Shown here: in pieces, positions 42,101 through 48,100 of the stretch | Position numbering within the stretch: position 1 is the first letter of the stretch | Layout of the letters: the number at the start of each line of letters is the position of its first letter | Origin: an uncultured Gammaproteobacteria bacterium | GTDB lineage: Bacteria; Pseudomonadota; Gammaproteobacteria; Eutrophobiales; Eutrophobiaceae | Assembly: GCA_943788815.1 (NCBI GenBank) | Contig: CALSRS010000001.1 | Location: 900,069 to 964,068 of the forward strand | Reading direction: 5' to 3' | DNA: 64,000 nt | The notes under the pieces: generated by a model | The model's database searches: none | Told to the model about the DNA's origin: nothing | What the model saw: the letters and a program-made list of their open reading frames with translations, nothing else | Translations under genes and position numbers: made by a program

Positions 42101-45100
42101 GTCTGAACCGACAAAGGCATTCAGGCCATATCCGAAGTTAACACCAGTTATATTTCTCAGAGTACCACTGAACCCCGACAGGGACTGGCTAACATCATTG
42201 GAAGTGATTGCCTGAATTGGTACCTGTGCACCCGCAGTATTAAATGTGATAACAAAGGGATCATTCTTGGTACCAGTGCCATCGACAGTTTCAATCAGGG
42301 GTGATTCCCCCGCAGTATTCAGGGCAAGCTTGATTGCATCCTTATCAGCGGTATGATCGAGTACCCCGGTCGCAATACCATTGATGACCAGCCGGTATTC
42401 TCCGGACTTGAGCTGATTGACCAGGTGCTGGACTTCTTTGACCGCAGTCCCACCAGCCTTGACTTCTACTGCAATGACATTGTCATTTGCCAGTGTTTGT
42501 TTTAGTGCTGCCGAATTCAATACTAATGTAGGAAAGTCTTTACCGGCATCCGTACCGGTGAAATCAAGAGTCCAGATGTTTTGACCAATAGTCTTGGTCG
42601 CAATGACTTCAAGCTTGAGCTTATCCATGAGGGCGGCCTCAAGGTCGGCCTTGGAGATATCATAGGCCAATGCATCGGTCTCACTGCCATCCATCGAGAG
42701 GGTAAAGCTGCCATGATTGGCAATAAATTTCAGTTCCTGCTTTTCGTTAGATGCGGCGATGACATCATTGAGTTTGTTATTGGTATGTGACCCGCTCGAT
42801 CCTGAACCCAGTTGTACCGTTAAGCTGCCGGCAGCTATGGGATTAACCTTCAGGGTGAAGGCCGGGTCACCGTTCAGGGCGCGGCTTAGTTTAAAACTAT
42901 TGAATGCACTGGTGGCAGAAGAACCGCCGCTAATCTGGCCAAGCTCAATTTTAATCGCCTGTAATACGCTGTCGAGATTCTGGTTCCAGGTGATATTATT
43001 GGTGGTCTTGCCGCCGTAGCCAAGGGTAAAGGTATCACCATCGGCCATGCCCGAAAAGGAAAAGACCCATGCCTCTAGTGCTGCGGGATGTCCATCCTCC
43101 AGGGTGATTATCTGCGCGATGGGTGCATTGGTAGCTCGACTTAGACCAGAAAGATTCAGACTACTAAGGCCAGCCGGAATAAAACCAGCCTTGGCTGTGT
43201 AATTGATGCGAAAGGGGTCTGTGGCCGCACCGCTACCAGTCACCTTCACAGAGTTTTGTTCAAACTTAGTTATATCAATATTATCTTTCAGCAGTTTTTC
43301 GAGTGCACTGGCAGTCACAGCAGCCGGGATATTGGCGACTGGATTACCTTCAATGGTAAGATTGAAGCTACCTATGGCGGTGTCGGTAATAATGAGATGT
43401 TGCGTAACTGAACGATTGAGGGTGTTTTGGTCGTCAAGTAGTGTGCCGAGCACTACAAGTTCGCCACCGAGCTCTTCAAATATAATGTCACCTTCCAGCT
43501 TCATGGTTGGCACATCTCGGGGCGACTGGAAAGTCACCAGGAAACGGGCGTCGGCATTTTCCCATACAACAACAGCAGCGTTCGCACCCAGGGTTTTATC
43601 ATCATTGAGCGCTGCCTGTATAGCCTCAGCAGTTTTGTCACCGTTAAAATCAATATCACGTTCTGCACGTGTGCCATCGACCTTTTTCAGATCAATATTG
43701 GTGGTGTTCCTGGTCGTGCCTGCTTGATCGACCACGGTCAACTTGAATCCGCCGGTCTTGCCTGTGACATAGATATATTGTTGTTCCTGGGTACCAGGTG
43801 TTCCGGCTACACCCTCGGTTTTGGTAATGATTTTAACCGCGGGCGCCTCCACCGTGCGCCCAACGATAATGGACGAGGCGGTAATCAGGGGCTTGGTACC
43901 AGCCGTGGTAAAGCTGATTTCATAAATGCCATCCGATGCACCGGGAGTGACCGTGATGTCACCCTCACTGATATTACTAAGGGTTTCCAGACCCTCCTTG
44001 ATTTTAGCTGCGGTGAACTCGGGATTGACGGCAATCAGCTCAATGGGGCTTGCTGTGGTCTGGCCGTCGAAGTTGAGGTTGAAGCCTCCAAAGCTGGCGC
44101 CAGTTGGCAGTATCAATCTTTGCACGGCAACGCCGCTATCACCGCGTACTGCTGTGGTGGCACCAATTGTAGACTTGTCTGGCAAAGTCAGTAGGGAGCC
44201 GGTGGAGTAAGGGATCCCTTTGACGTTCCCCTGCGGTACCTTAGAGATATCAACGGTATTGGTAACCAGCAGCTGTGGTACCTGCAGGCCGCTGGCCTCT
44301 TTAAGATTGTTGAACGTGAGTAATGCTGACGCCGGGCGGAAACCTGTTCCACCTTCGAGCGTGCCGGCATAGCTTGCTCCGCTACCCAGGGTATAGGTAT
44401 TTGCATTGCCGCCGCCTTTGATAATGGTATTGGCATCGACATTGCTAAAGGTCACTTTGTTATAATGTGTCGGTTGAGGTATGAGTTTTTTCTCTACCAA
44501 CTTACCTATTGGGGAAGCGTTCGCAAATAGACTGGAAGAATTATCTATCTTGCTGACGCTGAGGCTTGTACGCACGTCTTTGTCCAGTAATGTCACGGAT
44601 TTGCCTGCTCCACCACCGGATATTTCGAGCGCGATGATTTCATCTGTAGTGGTATCGGCCTTATCAAAGCTGACTATCCAGCGCTGGGCGGCACTGGGAC
44701 CATCTATGACCGTGACATCGAGATTTTCGCCATTGGCATATTTCAGCTTGTTAAGCTCCGCCGCTACGGTGGCGGCATCAGCATCAAAGTTAATCTGTGC
44801 GGTGGTCTGTTGTGCAGCGATCTCGACATTGAGACTAGCAGAGCCTGCAGTGACTGCGAGATTTGATGTGACACCCTTGGTGTGGAAGGTGACCCTGAAT
44901 GTACGTAGCGTTTCATCTAGAACTCGCACACTCACACCCGTCTTGACTGAGAAACTTGATACTTCTTTTTCAATCGCGCGTTCAATATTGTAGGCAGTAT
45001 CCTTAACACCACTCACAATTTTTATATCGTTGATATTCAGGGTGGCACCACCATCCGGGTCTGTCATGCTTAAATTAAAGGTGCCGGAAGTCTGGCTATT

Positions 45101-48100
45101 AAGGTTGAGTGTCAGGGTTTCAGAATCCTTATATATCAGTTGGACAGTACCACCTGAAAGATCATGATCGAGTGCCTGGACCGAGTAAACTTTAGACTCA
45201 AACTTAAAATTGAGTTCATTAGTTACATTACTGAAATCGATCTCAAGCTCATAACCTCCGGCCGAAACCAGGCTGGTATCAACGGTGATCTCTTTCGCGG
45301 GGCCAGTCTCCACACCCCAGTCATCTCCGAAGATAAAACGGTTGCTCGCATTGGCGGCGACGATGTTTTCAATATTAGCAAGACCTGATTCTTCCTTGCC
45401 ATCCTGCAAGGTGGTGACTAAACCCGGGGCCTCAACAAACTTCGAACCATCCTGTTTAAGAATTATAACCTCTGGTAGGTCTTTCAGCTCAGGGGCATTG
45501 AACTGAACATCAAACTGATTCGTCCCACTAACCGTTACCGTAACAGTGAACTTGGGATCGGAGATAAGCTTGGTCAACGTCGACAAAAACCCGTTCTTCT
45601 GACTCAACAAATCCAGCTTTTGATCAATATTTGTCCGTGTCTCCTCATCGGTGGTACCAATTTGAATGGCATCACTAATCGAACCACCGATGTCGATCTT
45701 GAACGTACCAGTGGGCGCACCGGCAAGTGAAAAATCAATACGCTGTTTCTCATTAAGTTTTCCGAGCTCGACTTCATTAGTTAAGGTCACACCGGTTGAA
45801 GTAACGGCGGCGTCAAACTCATCTTTCAGGGCGGCTGTATTGATTATCAGCAGCGGGGGAGGCTCATTAAAATTCAAAAATTCAACCAGGAACTCATTGG
45901 CATTGCCGGCCATTACGGTGATCTTGGCACCCTTCAAGGCTGATACGAATACGTTGCCGATAATGAGCTCGGTCAGGGACTTCTGAATGGTCTCGGCAAG
46001 AACATTCTTATCCTCGGAATACTGAATAGATATGCTTGGATTTCCCTGGTAGCTCAGTGTGAAGCTGCCAGAGGCACTGTTGCCGAGATTGACGTTCTGT
46101 ATCGGGTTGATCTTCTGCACATTTGGCACTTCAAGCAGATTGCTACCCGTATAGAGGCCCGAGGAATCTCCAGTCGCAGTAAAACTGCGTTGCCAGGAGT
46201 CGGTATTGGTAGGCGTAAATATACCATCACCTGTTCGTAGTGCGCCCTTATTCAGCACATGGGTCAAGGTGGTGGTGACTCCCGAAAAATCAATGGTATC
46301 GTTACCACCATTTTTACCATCAAAAATTTCGGCGGTACCCCAGTTTTCACTGATCGCATAGGTATCATCGCCATCACCACCGGTGAGTTCGTTGTCTATA
46401 CCGCCCTTGATTTCAATGCGGTCGTTGCCGGCATTTCCATAAATAATATTGCTATCGAATTCCGCAATCAGGATGTCGTCACCACCGCCGCCAAATACAA
46501 GATCATTTCCTGCGCCGGGTTCGATGGTGTCGTTGCCAGTACCGCCCTCAATGTAATCATCGTTATCTAGCCCATAGATAGAATCCTGACCTGAACCACC
46601 GAGTAATTTATCAATCCCCGTACTACCATTTAAAGTGTCATTACCAACAGAACCATCAAGAATATCCTGGGTAATGCTGGCGTTAAGTAAGTCATCACCT
46701 GAGGATCCGGTTACAGTTTGTTTGTTGTCCGTATCTGCAGTAAAGGTAATCCCGGTACCACCACCAATAACCTCATGAACTGGAGCGAGAAACTTACTGA
46801 AACCTGGTGCATCGTCTGTGGTTAAATCGATTATTGCAGCAATGTTTTCATATTCCGAATAATCAAGAATATTGAGTTGGTCGGGCGCCACCGGGGTGTT
46901 GGCCTTGACCTCTCCGCTGAGAGCATTGGCGGCTTTTATAACGTAGGTATTGACGCCTTTACCACCAACCAGATTGGCAATACCCTTGGCTTTCACAATA
47001 AACTCATAATTTTTTTGGAATGGATAACCCTCATGACGCACTACGGTTGCAGTAACCTTCACTACGCCGTCTCCTTCGAGTTCAAACCGTAGAGTATGGT
47101 CAATACCAACGTCAGAAAAATCGAGGGTACCCTTGTTCAAACCAGCTGCGGAGTCATCGATCGTGAAGACGTGTATGGGTGTCTTATCATCCGGGGGATC
47201 GGGATCGAAGTAACCCCAGTAGTCATGGAAGCGATAAATGTTGGTGCCACTACCACCCTCCAGCTTTTCGATGTTTGCCGCATCAGTGATTTTATTTATG
47301 CTGCTTCCCGTTTGTTTAACCTGAACGCCCTTAGGTCCGGCGGCAGCTGCTGAATGGTAAATATCGAATTCAAGGTTGGCAGCGACAGTAGAGAAATTCA
47401 GCAGATCGCCGGTTCCTGCATCAGGTAACTCTTTGACGGTATCGGTGCCCCAGTTAGGATCGAATCGAATCTCGTCGTTGCCGGCACCCAGTTCAAATGT
47501 CTGGGCAGAAGAACTGCCAATTGCGATATCGGAATCTTCTCCTCCATAAATATTTCCCGCATATTCAATCTTATGATAACCCTTATCAACTCGTATATCG
47601 CCAAAATCACTGGCCGAGATGTTGGTGAATTTTATAATGCCGGGGATACGTAATGGGTCTGAATTTATTACGCTGATGAGTGCGGGATGATTTGAGTCGC
47701 TGCTATCGAGAGCACCATCAGGCAAATTGATATTGAGTTTTGATGCTGACGGGAAGTCTGTAGCCTTGATCAGTTCATTTACCTGACCACCCTTTAAGAG
47801 AATAAGGTCAATATTACCGGAACCGGCTTTACCAAAATGAAGCTGATCGAGTACCGCCTCGTTGACTTTAACTGCGACCGAACCGGCAGTACCCACAGCG
47901 GCGAAGGTGTCGGTTTCATTTTTACCAATTGCGAATTGTAGAGACAGTATGTTACGGGCATCGAGTTCACCGATGCCGACTTTGTTGAGTATAACCTTGA
48001 TGTTCTGATCGGAGTCCGCCGTACTGCCAACCATGAGTGTCTCAAGTCCGCCATCGCCGGCCTTGACCACATACGTTGCAGAATTACCGTTTGTATGTTC

